Shown here in pieces: positions 49,408 to 59,136 of a stretch of 64,000 nucleotides of DNA (within the stretch, counting starts at the first letter, position 1; each line of letters opens with the position of its first letter). This DNA is from Bacteriovoracaceae bacterium UBA3083 (lineage in GTDB: Bacteria; Bdellovibrionota; Bacteriovoracia; Bacteriovoracales; Bacteriovoracaceae). The DNA is taken from contig DFBJ01000012.1 in the NCBI GenBank assembly GCA_002366565.1, forward strand, positions 494,950 through 558,949. The letters are read 5' to 3'. A program made the position numbers and the translations under genes. Below the pieces are notes generated by a model that saw nothing but the letters and a program-made list of their open reading frames with translations, was not told where the DNA came from and did not search any database.

Positions 49408-49720
49408 CTCACTACCTTTAACAGAAATCGTGGGACTGATGATTAGTGATCTTACGTGCAGTTTAACAATCAGCAATTCTTGAATTCTATCACAGACTTT
49501 TCGGTAAGCTCAATTGTTGACTTAATAGATAAGATACTCAAAATGAGAAAATCCTACGTTTTAAACTATTTACACAATTGTCTGCTAAAATAATGAATAA
49601 GAATTCAGAGACTTACGTGATAGAAATTATCTATCGAAACTTAAATAAAACCGATTTTATATATATTGCCAATTCGAGTAACCTATTCAAAGAAACAAAC
49701 GCAAACCTTAGGAGGCGAAA

Positions 49721-50452
49721 ATGAGTTTTGAAAACAAAGAAGGACAGAACGTTCCATCAGCATCATTCAAAGTTATAAATGAAAAAGGACTACAGAGTGT
49801 AGATTCAGATAGCTTATTCAAAAATAGAAAAGTTATTGTCTTCTCACTACCAGGTGCTTTTACACCAACTTGTTCATCAACACACTTACCAAGATATAAC
49901 CAACTAGCAAAAACTTTTGCTAAAGAAGGAGTTGATGAAATAGTTTGTCTTTCAGTTAACGATGCATTCGTTATGAAGTCTTGGGGAGAAAGCCAAGAAG
50001 CAGATAAAGTAACTCTACTTGCAGATGGTAATGGTGAGTTTACTGAAAAAATGGGATTACTAGTTGATAAGTCAGACTTAGGTTTTGGAAAAAGATCATG
50101 GCGTTATTCAATGTTAGTTAATAACGGTGTTATTGAAAAGATGTTCATTGAGCCAGATAAGCCAGGTGACCCATTTGAAGTAAGTGATGCAAATACGATG
50201 TTAGATTACATCAATAAAGATGCAAAACTACCACATGCGATTACAGTTATTACAAAACCAGGTTGTTCTTACTGCAAAAAAGCAAAAGAATTACTTGCGA
50301 GTAAAGAGTTAGATTTTGAAGAAATTATTCTTGGAAAGGACGCTACAAGTGTATCACTTGCTGCTCTTTCTGGATCAGGAAAAGTTCCTCAAGTATTCAT
50401 CGATGGTAATAGAATTGGTGGAAGTGAAGAGCTAGAAAAATACTTCGCTTAA
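49721..50452 (+). CDS. hybrid peroxiredoxin-glutaredoxin (Prx5-type peroxiredoxin fused to Grx)
   Basis: 243 aa. The N-terminal domain has the Prx5 motif PGAFTPTCS. The C-terminal domain has the glutaredoxin CxxC (KPGCSYCKKAKELL) and GG motif. A strong RBS (aggagg) is present. Confidence 0.8.
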   Translation: MSFENKEGQNVPSASFKVINEKGLQSVDSDSLFKNRKVIVFSLPGAFTPTCSSTHLPRYNQLAKTFAKEGVDEIVCLSVNDAFVMKSWGESQEADKVTLLADGNGEFTEKMGLLVDKSDLGFGKRSWRYSMLVNNGVIEKMFIEPDKPGDPFEVSDANTMLDYINKDAKLPHAITVITKPGCSYCKKAKELLASKELDFEEIILGKDATSVSLAALSGSGKVPQVFIDGNRIGGSEELEKYFA

Positions 50453-50462
50453 GATTTAGACC

Positions 50463-50492
50463 CTCGCCTTTACAGGCGAGGTTTTCTTTTAG
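50463..50492 (+). terminator. rho-independent terminator of Prx-Grx gene
   Basis: The hairpin is cctcgcc-tttacag-ggcgagg followed by ttttctttt. The U-tract overlaps the stop codon of the convergent fabI-like gene. Confidence 0.6.
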
Positions 50493-51283
50493 AGATTATC
50501 AGCAACAGTATTAACCACATCACTATCAAAATGATTGCAGCTCATGCCAGCATCTACCTTTATCCCAGTAGCATTTATTCCACTAGAAAGAGGGCTTAGT
50601 AAAAAAGCTATAGTATTTGCAACTTCTACTGTTTTTAAATTTTCTTTTCTTAAAGTTAATTTTTCTGCAAATAAGTAGTTATTTATATAACCTGGAATTC
50701 CAGCAGAAGCAGAAGTTTTAAGTGGCCCAGAACAAACCGCATTACATCTGACTCTTGATTTTAAACTAAGAGACTTTGCAAGGTATGCTACAGTTGCATC
50801 TAATGTTGCCTTTATAGGTCCCATATATCCATAGCTTGTTGCTCTAGTATCTGAAATAGATACTGTTACAATAGATGCATTTTCATCAAATGACGATGAA
50901 AGGGCATTTGATAGAGACACTAATGAGAATGAAGAGATATTTGTTGCTTGAAGGTAGTCAGCAAGTTTAGTTTCATGAAATGGTTTGATCCCTTCAGAAT
51001 AATTCGCAAAAGCAATTGAGTGAAGAAAGCCATTAATCTTTACACCTAGTTCACTAATACTTTTTCCAAAATCTTCAATGGCCTGAGAATCCTCAACATC
51101 AAGAATATATATTTGAGATTCGGGAAATAGTTTTTGAACTTTCTCTTTATGATCAGGAGATTGAACTGTGAAAATTAAATTAGATCCTGCATCACTAAGT
51201 ATTTTTGCACTGTGATAGGCAACACTCTTTCTATTTGCAACTCCTGAAATAACAAAAGTTTTATTTTTAAATCCAAAATCCAT
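50489..51283 (-). CDS. fabI: enoyl-[ACP] reductase, FabI-type (NADH)
   Basis: 264 aa. The N-terminal VISGVANRKSVAYHSAKIL resembles E. coli VTGVASKLSIAYGIAQAM. The catalytic Tyr/Lys segment YGYMGPIKATLDA resembles YNVMGLAKASLEA. Confidence 0.8.
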   Translation of the reverse strand: MDFGFKNKTFVISGVANRKSVAYHSAKILSDAGSNLIFTVQSPDHKEKVQKLFPESQIYILDVEDSQAIEDFGKSISELGVKINGFLHSIAFANYSEGIKPFHETKLADYLQATNISSFSLVSLSNALSSSFDENASIVTVSISDTRATSYGYMGPIKATLDATVAYLAKSLSLKSRVRCNAVCSGPLKTSASAGIPGYINNYLFAEKLTLRKENLKTVEVANTIAFLLSPLSSGINATGIKVDAGMSCNHFDSDVVNTVADNL

Positions 51284-51708
51284 TATTTTTCCTCAATTAA
51301 AGCGCAGCTAAACTCAATGGCCATAACAACTTTACCATTAACTGTAGAGCGAGCTTTCATATAGTACGCATTTGAAATTTGATCTATTAATGAAACATCC
51401 ATGATGAGTTCATCACCAGGTTTTACAAAATTTTTAAATTTTGCACTATTAACTTTAGTAACAACACCAAGCCCACTTCCTTCCATTGTCGCCATTAGTA
51501 GTGCTCCAGACTGAAAAGATGCTTCTTGCAGTAAAACACCTGGCATAATAGGATTTCCAGGAAAATGTCCTTTGAAGAAATCTTCATCACCAGTTAAAGT
51601 TAATGATGTCTTTATTGAACCTTCGCCTCTTTCAATAACTTTATCAACAAAGAGAAATGGAGGTTTTTGCGGTAAAAGCTCTAGTACTTCATTTGAAAAT
51701 TTACTCAT
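51283..51708 (-). CDS. 3-hydroxyacyl-ACP dehydratase, FabZ/FabA-like hot-dog
   Basis: 141 aa. It has the GHFPGNPIMPGVLLQEASFQ motif (catalytic His…Glu of FabZ). Its start overlaps the FabG stop. Confidence 0.75.
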   Translation of the reverse strand: MSKFSNEVLELLPQKPPFLFVDKVIERGEGSIKTSLTLTGDEDFFKGHFPGNPIMPGVLLQEASFQSGALLMATMEGSGLGVVTKVNSAKFKNFVKPGDELIMDVSLIDQISNAYYMKARSTVNGKVVMAIEFSCALIEEK

Positions 51709-52454
51709 TACAGTCCACCAGTTATTTCTAAAGAAGTCCCTGTAATATAACCTGCATGCTCACTACTAAGAAATAAAACAGCGTTGGCCACTTCTTCAAC
51801 TTTACCAAATCTTCTTAAAGGAACTTGTTTTTTATATTCCTTAACTTGATCCGCTGGTAGATCTGCAATCAACTCTGTCTCTATGAACCCAGGACAGATA
51901 TTATTTACTGTTATTCCTTTTTTACCAACTTCCTTTGAGAGTGATTTAGAGAGTGCTACTTGACCTGCTTTTGAAGCTGCGTAATTTGCTTGACCTGAAA
52001 GTCCAAGAGCTCCACCTACTGAACTCATATTTACAACTCTACCGTAACGATTCTTCATCATTAAAGGTATAGACATTTTAGTCATTAGGAATGTTCCTTT
52101 TAAGTTTACATCCATAACACTATTCCAATCTTCTGTTGGCATAAGAGCTAAGACATTATCCTTTCTAATTCCAGAGTTATTAACAAGGATATCAACTTTT
52201 TGATATTCTGATTCAACATAGCTGTAAAACTCTTGAACTTGCTCTTCTTTTGAAACATCAAACTTACGAAGGTCAATATTCTTTCCAAGTTCTCCAAGAG
52301 ACTCCTTAAAGTTATTTGCTGCTTCATCATTAGAAGTATATGTAGCAATTACAGTTGCACCATGCTCAAGAAAAGCTGTAGTCACACCTCTTCCAATACC
52401 TCTTGTTCCACCTGTTACGATTACGACTCTATTTTCAAAATTAAAATTCATCAT
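51708..52454 (-). CDS. 3-oxoacyl-ACP reductase (FabG-type SDR)
   Basis: 248 aa. It has TGGTRGIGRG, NNSG, and the catalytic S…YAASKAG motif (YxxxK). Confidence 0.8.
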   Translation of the reverse strand: MMNFNFENRVVIVTGGTRGIGRGVTTAFLEHGATVIATYTSNDEAANNFKESLGELGKNIDLRKFDVSKEEQVQEFYSYVESEYQKVDILVNNSGIRKDNVLALMPTEDWNSVMDVNLKGTFLMTKMSIPLMMKNRYGRVVNMSSVGGALGLSGQANYAASKAGQVALSKSLSKEVGKKGITVNNICPGFIETELIADLPADQVKEYKKQVPLRRFGKVEEVANAVLFLSSEHAGYITGTSLEITGGL

Positions 52455-52464
52455 TATTTATCAC

Positions 52465-53880
52465 CTATTTAGAAAGAAACGTTTCTACTTCATGGGACTG
52501 AATTATCCCGTAATTTGCAGCACCAAGCCACCCTGACATTATTATCCCTACTGAACCGGAGTGAAAAAGCCCTTCTACCTGCTTATGCATCTCCATACTT
52601 ATAGGGAGCCCTTCAAACTTTGTTCCAAAGCTTGCACCTTTATTGTGATGTGTATACTTCTCAACAGTGAGAGGAGTTGAGCAATCAATGTAGTCTATTT
52701 TATCTCGTACTCCTGGAATAATTTTCTCTAGAGTTACAAGAGCTCTCTCGATCGTAAATTGCTTTTTTTCTAGATACTCTTCCTTAGATAGGTTAACCCA
52801 ATCTTCATAACGAGCATTACTAGATGAGACAACAGCATACCTTCCATCTCTATCCTCTCTCATCTCAGGATAATAAACAGAGAAAGTCTGACTTCCTACC
52901 TTTGGCGAAAGAATCAAATCAGTATTAAAGTCTTTGTCATCAGAATAGAAAACAAGCTCACCAATGTCTGGTATAGACTCACCTTTCTTAATTCCCATAA
53001 AGACTTGGCAACTTGAAGTGTTTAATCTAACTTTCTTTGCTTTCTCTACATAAGTCGGATCAAAATTCTCTTCCCCAGCTAACTTAAAAACTGTACTTAA
53101 GAGATTAGAATTAGAAAGAACAGATTTTGCCTTTATTAACTTTCCACCAAGAGTAACGCCTTGAACTTTTTTATTCTCAACAACAATTTCATCAACTTTT
53201 GAATGAAGCTTTATATCGACTCCATTTTTAACAAGCTCATCTTTCATCATCGAAATAAGCTTATCAGTACCACCTTGGAATATATAAACACCTTTGCTCA
53301 TAAAATTTGAGAAAACGATCCCATAAGTAATCGCAGGATCTTCAAGGGTAGAACCATTTGCATAAACAATTGGCTCCATCAGAAATCTGTGTACATCATT
53401 TCGACCAGGAAAGAACTTTTCAAAGAGCTCTCTATTAGTCATACCACTATCGTCATAAAAATTCATGGCAGCGAGATAATCAAAGAACCCGACAACAACG
53501 TCTTTTTCTAGATTAAAAGTCTCTGTTAATGTTTTTATATAATGATCTTTAGTGAAATCTGTTTCAATATTAAACTGAGGATTAGAGAATTTAACACTTT
53601 TAACTTGAACTATTCGACTAGCAATTTCTTTTGACCAATACTTTCTACATGTCTTAATCATTCCGACAGGAAATCCATGAAGAGAAACATCAAAGATATG
53701 ATCTCCGGCCTGCCTCTTAAACCAAGTAGCAAAACCACCAAGCTTATTATGTGATTCAAGAAGTAGAACACTTCTTCCATTACGAGCTAATTTATTTGCG
53801 GCAGTCATCCCTGCAAGGCCTGAACCAACAATAATAACTTCGTAATCTTTTGTAATTTGATCTTTCTTTTTGAGTAGCAT
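52465..53880 (-). CDS. FAD-dependent oxidoreductase, phytoene-desaturase-like (paralog of 41405..42784)
   Basis: 471 aa. The N-terminal YEVIIVGSGLAGMTAANKL…LLLESHNKLGG aligns with the paralog, and a C-terminal FAD motif is present. Confidence 0.7.
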   Translation of the reverse strand: MLLKKKDQITKDYEVIIVGSGLAGMTAANKLARNGRSVLLLESHNKLGGFATWFKRQAGDHIFDVSLHGFPVGMIKTCRKYWSKEIASRIVQVKSVKFSNPQFNIETDFTKDHYIKTLTETFNLEKDVVVGFFDYLAAMNFYDDSGMTNRELFEKFFPGRNDVHRFLMEPIVYANGSTLEDPAITYGIVFSNFMSKGVYIFQGGTDKLISMMKDELVKNGVDIKLHSKVDEIVVENKKVQGVTLGGKLIKAKSVLSNSNLLSTVFKLAGEENFDPTYVEKAKKVRLNTSSCQVFMGIKKGESIPDIGELVFYSDDKDFNTDLILSPKVGSQTFSVYYPEMREDRDGRYAVVSSSNARYEDWVNLSKEEYLEKKQFTIERALVTLEKIIPGVRDKIDYIDCSTPLTVEKYTHHNKGASFGTKFEGLPISMEMHKQVEGLFHSGSVGIIMSGWLGAANYGIIQSHEVETFLSK

Positions 53881-53992
53881 TTGTGACCCTAAATATTAGT
53901 ATTATAAGGCCACTAGCTTACCAAGAATAGTACATAAAAACCATTCTACATGGTCATTTTCGGAGCATTTAACACTATGCTCCCTTCATTTT

Positions 53993-55159
53993 TTAAGGAG
54001 TCACTCTCAGCACAGCAGTACCAAGTACCTCATCCTTATATTTTGTATAAATCTTAGCCTGCAGTACAATTTCATCATCACTATTAAGAGTGATTCCACC
54101 ACCAAAGGCAGGTCCATTTGCAGAGTGAATAACCGCTGTAGATTGGTCTGTATTGATTAATTCACCCTCTGTTAAGACTTCTTTAAAAATAAAACCATCA
54201 TAAAAGAAGATTGCTCGTTTTTGACTAGCATTAATTGCTCTAAACGCAACATTCCCTTTCTCATTTACTGAAGGTGAAAAATACTCAAGATTTGATATTC
54301 CACCTTGTCCTTCTGTTGCAATAACTTGGTACTGATCACCTATCTGACGAACAAGTACTCGAACTCCACTTTTTAATGTTGCAATAAAAGCAATATACTT
54401 AGAGTTAAAGTGACTACCTATAGAATTGTTAAATTGAGAAAAAATAGAATCTTCACTTAAGTCATGATCAGAATTTAAACGAACAAAGCCACCATTTTTA
54501 TCATATAGACGAATTGAATCTGGCTGAGACTCAGAAAGTGAACTGCCTTCTCTAACTTTTAAAACAATATTATTTCCATCAAAGAAAGAGGCTCCAAATA
54601 GGTATGCAATCTCAGGGTCTTTATTTGTAGCAATTGTATTTAGCTCCTTGTTCTTCAAGGTTATTATTGCCTTTTCACCAGTCTTAAAGCTTACTCTAAA
54701 AAGAATTGTCCCAGAGTTATTAACTTCTGGATCACGAAGAGATGAGAACATTGATGTTTCTTCACTATTTAACACCTTCTCTAAAGTGTTCTTTTTATTT
54801 TTGTATAAATAAAGTGCTTCTACGCTCATTTCATCAAAGACAGAAAAAATGACATCTCCTTTTTCATTTATAAAAGGATCGCTTATATACTTACCTACTT
54901 CAGATAAGTAAATTGTAGTTCCATCTGGATAATGATCATTCTTTAGCCATAGTCCCATTTTAACTTCTTCTTCAACAACAGTTGAAAAGTTAAAAGCAAT
55001 AGAACCTCTACTATTATTTTTTATTGTTGAGTTGAGTACAAAACTTGCGTCAGGCATATTAAACGAACCATAGTTATGTGCACGTGCAACAAGGTCAACG
55101 TTTGAAGCAAGTAAACTTGCTGAAAAGAGTAATGGGATTAAGAATTTAATTAAAATCAT
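53993..55159 (-). CDS. secreted/periplasmic hypothetical protein (beta-rich, repeated strand motifs)
   Basis: 388 aa with a signal peptide (LIPLLFSASLLASN). It is translationally coupled to the upstream RND gene (ATGA overlap). Confidence 0.45.
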   Translation of the reverse strand: MILIKFLIPLLFSASLLASNVDLVARAHNYGSFNMPDASFVLNSTIKNNSRGSIAFNFSTVVEEEVKMGLWLKNDHYPDGTTIYLSEVGKYISDPFINEKGDVIFSVFDEMSVEALYLYKNKKNTLEKVLNSEETSMFSSLRDPEVNNSGTILFRVSFKTGEKAIITLKNKELNTIATNKDPEIAYLFGASFFDGNNIVLKVREGSSLSESQPDSIRLYDKNGGFVRLNSDHDLSEDSIFSQFNNSIGSHFNSKYIAFIATLKSGVRVLVRQIGDQYQVIATEGQGGISNLEYFSPSVNEKGNVAFRAINASQKRAIFFYDGFIFKEVLTEGELINTDQSTAVIHSANGPAFGGGITLNSDDEIVLQAKIYTKYKDEVLGTAVLRVTP

Positions 55160-58100
55160 TCATCCTCCAGATGGATGTGGGCCTTATTTAGAATAAAAAG
55201 CCTTATGCTAAAAAAATATGAATACATACATGGAATTAAAAATAGAGTGACAGCAGTTGCAAGTAGTAATCCCCAGCCAAGAGAGAGCATCATCTCAGCA
55301 AGCATTGAATCATAACCAGCAACCCCATAGGCAGTAGGAAGGACACCAGCGACAGTAGTCAGCGTAGTAACAACAATTGGCCTAAGTCGTGTAGATGAAA
55401 CCTTAGCAATTTTTCCCATTGCTTCTTCATCATCATAGTGAATATCTTCTTCAAGCTTAGAGATCATAATAATAGCATCATTTACAACGACACCAATCAT
55501 TCCAAGCGCTCCAACGGCAGCAAAGAATCCATATACAAACATTCCGTGTGCAAGTAATGCATAAACAACACCAGTAAGTCCAAAGGGAACAATTGCCATG
55601 ATTAAAAGTGGCGCTCCTAAAGAATTGAACATTATAACTAATATTATATAGATAACTCCGATTACCATAATTAGAGAGATAAGGAAGTCACCACCTGATT
55701 CACGTGTATCTTGAACTTCTCCAATGAATGTTATTACTGAACTTGGATAATCTTTAATTATCTTAGGAAAAACATTTGCTTCAAAATTCTCAGCAACCTC
55801 TACAGGAGTAATCGCAACACCATCTTTAATATTCCCATATACGATCGTAGTTCTCTTATAGTCTTTTCGTTCAATTTTTGCAGGTTTCATAAATTCTTCA
55901 ATAGTGACAACTTTATCTAAAGTAATGAAACCGCCTGAATTATTTTCTATTTTTAATTTTCGAAGATTTACTAAATCAAACTTATTTTTTGCATCAACAG
56001 TGAGTCTTACCTCGACATCTTCATCACCTTTACTAACAGTATAAAGAATAGCACCTTCAATAAAGGCGCGAAGAGAAGTTGTAATATGTTGAGGAGATAG
56101 ATTAAAGCGAACTAACTTTTCTTGATTGATTTTAAAATTATACTCTCTCTTTGTCAGAGGCTTTTCAATCTCAATATCTTTTAATGCTGAATCTTCAGTC
56201 ATATATTGCTTGATAAGCTTTGTAATCTCATCTCGTTTTTTATCATCATTTTCTTGAACTTGAATCTCTAAAGCAGAACCACTGCTTCGTCCCCACCTAG
56301 ACTTAAGAAAACTTACTCTAACAAGACCTTCTATTTTGCTAGATTCCTTCTTCCATTTCGAGATAAAGTCATTAAGCCCCATTTCCCTATCATCTTTATT
56401 AACTAGTTCAACATTTATACTGGCCTGATTCTCTAGAGCACTAGACCCTCTTCGACTTTCACCAATCTTTGACTGAACAGCTACAACACCATTTACAGTA
56501 TCTGCAAGAAGCATCTCCTCAAGAGGTTCAATCAGTTTCGACATTTCGAATCGATTAATCCCTTTAGGCCCTATAACTTTTAAATTAACTTCTTTACCTT
56601 CTTCCCTAGGGAACATCACAAATTTCATCTTCGATTTGAATAAGTAACCAGAAAGACAAGAAATCAAAACAGCTGCAACTAGAACTAAGAATCTAAATCT
56701 AAGTAGTTTCTCTAATAGAACTGAAAACTTTTCTTCATACTTAAAAAACCAATCGGAGCTGAATCCTTTAATTTTGAATTTAGAAAAATAGCTTTTTCTT
56801 TCAAGTAAATGAGATGGCAGAATTGTTGTCGACTCTATAAGAGATGCAACTAACATAATAATTACTACAAATGGAATATACTCAACAAACTTACCAAAGA
56901 AACCTTCAAAGAATAATAGAGGGACAAAGGCCACACAGGTAGTTAATATACTTCCAAATACAGGCTTGAGTATTTCATATGTTCCGCCTACAGCAGACTC
57001 AATAGGAGATTCTCCAAGGTATCTTTTTCTTGAAATATTTTCTGCTACAACAATTGCATCATCTACAACAATCCCCATAACAATAATTACTGCAGCAAGA
57101 GTCATATTATTTATCGTATAACCTACAAGGGTCATACTTATTACTGCAAAAGCAAGAGTGAACGGAATCCCCATACCAACCCATAGCCCTGATTTGAAGT
57201 CCAAAAATATAAAAAGAACTATAAATATAAGAACAAAACCAATTAGACCATTTGAAGCAACAATAGAAAGCCTATTCTTTACGTCGTAAGATTCATCATC
57301 CATGAGAATCACTCTTAATCCACTTTTTGAGTGTGTTCTCTTAAATTCCTCAACAAACTTAACAACACTCTCTTGAGCCGTCAGGATATCTGTAGAGTAT
57401 TTCTTTTTTACATTTATAACGATACCTTCATGACCTTGAAGTTTTCTAATAGTAGTAGACTTTGTAAACTTAGGCTCTACGTTTGCAACTTCACCAAGAC
57501 GAACTCCTTTACCGGCATAGTTTCCCTGTAGGTAAAGCTCATCAAGACTTTTTTTATCTTCGAGTTCGTGAATCGCTGTTACTTTTGATTGCTCTTTATC
57601 TTCTAATGTTCCAAGAGGAACCCTAATATGGTTATTTTTTATAGTGCTAACTAGCCTATCAATTGAGAGGTCATGTTGGTCAATCTTTATTGGGTCTAAG
57701 AGAATATGTAATTCAGGATCTTCATAGCCACTCTTATCAATGCCACTGACATCACTAAGAGTTTTTATTTGATTTTCGAAATTTAAAACCATACTCTGTA
57801 GCTTTTTTCTAGATTCGTAGTCAAGAGCACGAACACCTTCAAGGTAAAAGCCTACATCTATAATTGCTTTTTCAGTGGATTTAAACTGTCTAAAATTTGG
57901 AGTATCAACCTCCATAGGTAGATTTGCTCTCAGAGTAGCATCTTTAATGTCTTGTACTACTTCTCTATAATCAGCAGCATCTTCATCAATAACAACACTA
58001 AAAGAAGAAGACCCTGTAGAGGAAGTTGTTAATATCTCCTCTATGCCAGAAACTTCTTTTAACTCGTCTTCAATTGGTTTTGTAACGAATAGTTCAACAT

Positions 58101-58275
58101 CTTCAGCAGCTGCACCTGGATATGAGGCACTGATACGAATCCAGTTACTTTCAAATTCTGGCATCTCTTCTTTACCTATTTGGTTCCAAGCAAAGATGGC
58201 CATTAGAAATGTACCAATGAAGAGTATATTTGATACAAGGTGATTTTGAGTAAAGTAGTTTATTATAGATTTCAT
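55156..58275 (-). CDS. RND-superfamily efflux transporter permease (AcrB/HAE1-like, 12-TM)
   Basis: 1039 aa. The N-terminal TM1 is followed by the …ISASYPGA… motif as in AcrB. It has two large periplasmic loops and 6+6 TM segments. No adjacent MFP or OMF gene. Confidence 0.8.
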   Translation of the reverse strand: MKSIINYFTQNHLVSNILFIGTFLMAIFAWNQIGKEEMPEFESNWIRISASYPGAAAEDVELFVTKPIEDELKEVSGIEEILTTSSTGSSSFSVVIDEDAADYREVVQDIKDATLRANLPMEVDTPNFRQFKSTEKAIIDVGFYLEGVRALDYESRKKLQSMVLNFENQIKTLSDVSGIDKSGYEDPELHILLDPIKIDQHDLSIDRLVSTIKNNHIRVPLGTLEDKEQSKVTAIHELEDKKSLDELYLQGNYAGKGVRLGEVANVEPKFTKSTTIRKLQGHEGIVINVKKKYSTDILTAQESVVKFVEEFKRTHSKSGLRVILMDDESYDVKNRLSIVASNGLIGFVLIFIVLFIFLDFKSGLWVGMGIPFTLAFAVISMTLVGYTINNMTLAAVIIVMGIVVDDAIVVAENISRKRYLGESPIESAVGGTYEILKPVFGSILTTCVAFVPLLFFEGFFGKFVEYIPFVVIIMLVASLIESTTILPSHLLERKSYFSKFKIKGFSSDWFFKYEEKFSVLLEKLLRFRFLVLVAAVLISCLSGYLFKSKMKFVMFPREEGKEVNLKVIGPKGINRFEMSKLIEPLEEMLLADTVNGVVAVQSKIGESRRGSSALENQASINVELVNKDDREMGLNDFISKWKKESSKIEGLVRVSFLKSRWGRSSGSALEIQVQENDDKKRDEITKLIKQYMTEDSALKDIEIEKPLTKREYNFKINQEKLVRFNLSPQHITTSLRAFIEGAILYTVSKGDEDVEVRLTVDAKNKFDLVNLRKLKIENNSGGFITLDKVVTIEEFMKPAKIERKDYKRTTIVYGNIKDGVAITPVEVAENFEANVFPKIIKDYPSSVITFIGEVQDTRESGGDFLISLIMVIGVIYIILVIMFNSLGAPLLIMAIVPFGLTGVVYALLAHGMFVYGFFAAVGALGMIGVVVNDAIIMISKLEEDIHYDDEEAMGKIAKVSSTRLRPIVVTTLTTVAGVLPTAYGVAGYDSMLAEMMLSLGWGLLLATAVTLFLIPCMYSYFFSIRLFILNKAHIHLEDE

Positions 58276-59136
58276 CTACGCTTCTTTAATAATATGAATA
58301 TCGCGTTGTGGAAAAGGAATAGAAATATTCTCTTCTCTGAATCTCTTATCTATTGCTAATCTAACATTTGAAAGAGTCCCTCTATTGTCCCAGATATCAT
58401 TAATCCATACAGCTAGACTAAAGTCGAGAGAAGAGTCTCCAAAGTTTTCAAAGAAAACCTTAGGTGGAGGGTCTGCTAAAACCCCTGTTGAGTTGGAAGC
58501 TATTTCAAGAAGAATATCTTTAACTTTTTCAGTATCACTTCCGTAAGCAACACCAACATTTACTGTCATTCTCATATTTGAGCCAGTAAAACTTTGATTG
58601 ATAACTTGCTCAGAAATAAACTGACTATTTGGAACAATAATGGCCACATCGTCTCTTGTATGAATAAGAGTTGATCTTGCTCCTATTTCAACAACCTTTC
58701 CAGATGTGTCCTTAACAGAAACAAAGTCTCCTACCTTTATTGGTCTTTCTAAAAGAATAATAAGACCTGATATGAAGTTTTGAGTAATATTCTGAAGACC
58801 AAACCCAATCCCAACCATCAACACAGCTCCAAGAGCAGCTAATGATGAAAATGAAATACCAACAGTATCTAATGTGATCATAATACCTATGAAAAGTACT
58901 ATATAACGGCTAATCCTAACAATAGAGCCTCTTACTCCAGAGTCTATATGCTTATCGATAAGTAATTTATCAATAAAACGCTCAGTCATTTTTGCTAGAG
59001 TCGTTGTTAAGAAGAAAACACCGACAGCGAGAAAAATAGACATTAAAGAAATCTTATTACCACTAATTTCAAAGAGAGACATTGATAAGTATTCAAATGT
59101 TGTTTTTATCCAATCCATTCCTATTCCTTTAGACAA
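58276..59136 (-). CDS. small-conductance mechanosensitive channel (MscS family)
   Basis: 286 aa. It has 3 TMs followed by the MscS beta-domain signature (PIKVGDFVSV…G.VVEIGARSTLI…IIVPNSQFISEQVIN). Confidence 0.8.
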   Translation of the reverse strand: MSKGIGMDWIKTTFEYLSMSLFEISGNKISLMSIFLAVGVFFLTTTLAKMTERFIDKLLIDKHIDSGVRGSIVRISRYIVLFIGIMITLDTVGISFSSLAALGAVLMVGIGFGLQNITQNFISGLIILLERPIKVGDFVSVKDTSGKVVEIGARSTLIHTRDDVAIIVPNSQFISEQVINQSFTGSNMRMTVNVGVAYGSDTEKVKDILLEIASNSTGVLADPPPKVFFENFGDSSLDFSLAVWINDIWDNRGTLSNVRLAIDKRFREENISIPFPQRDIHIIKEA

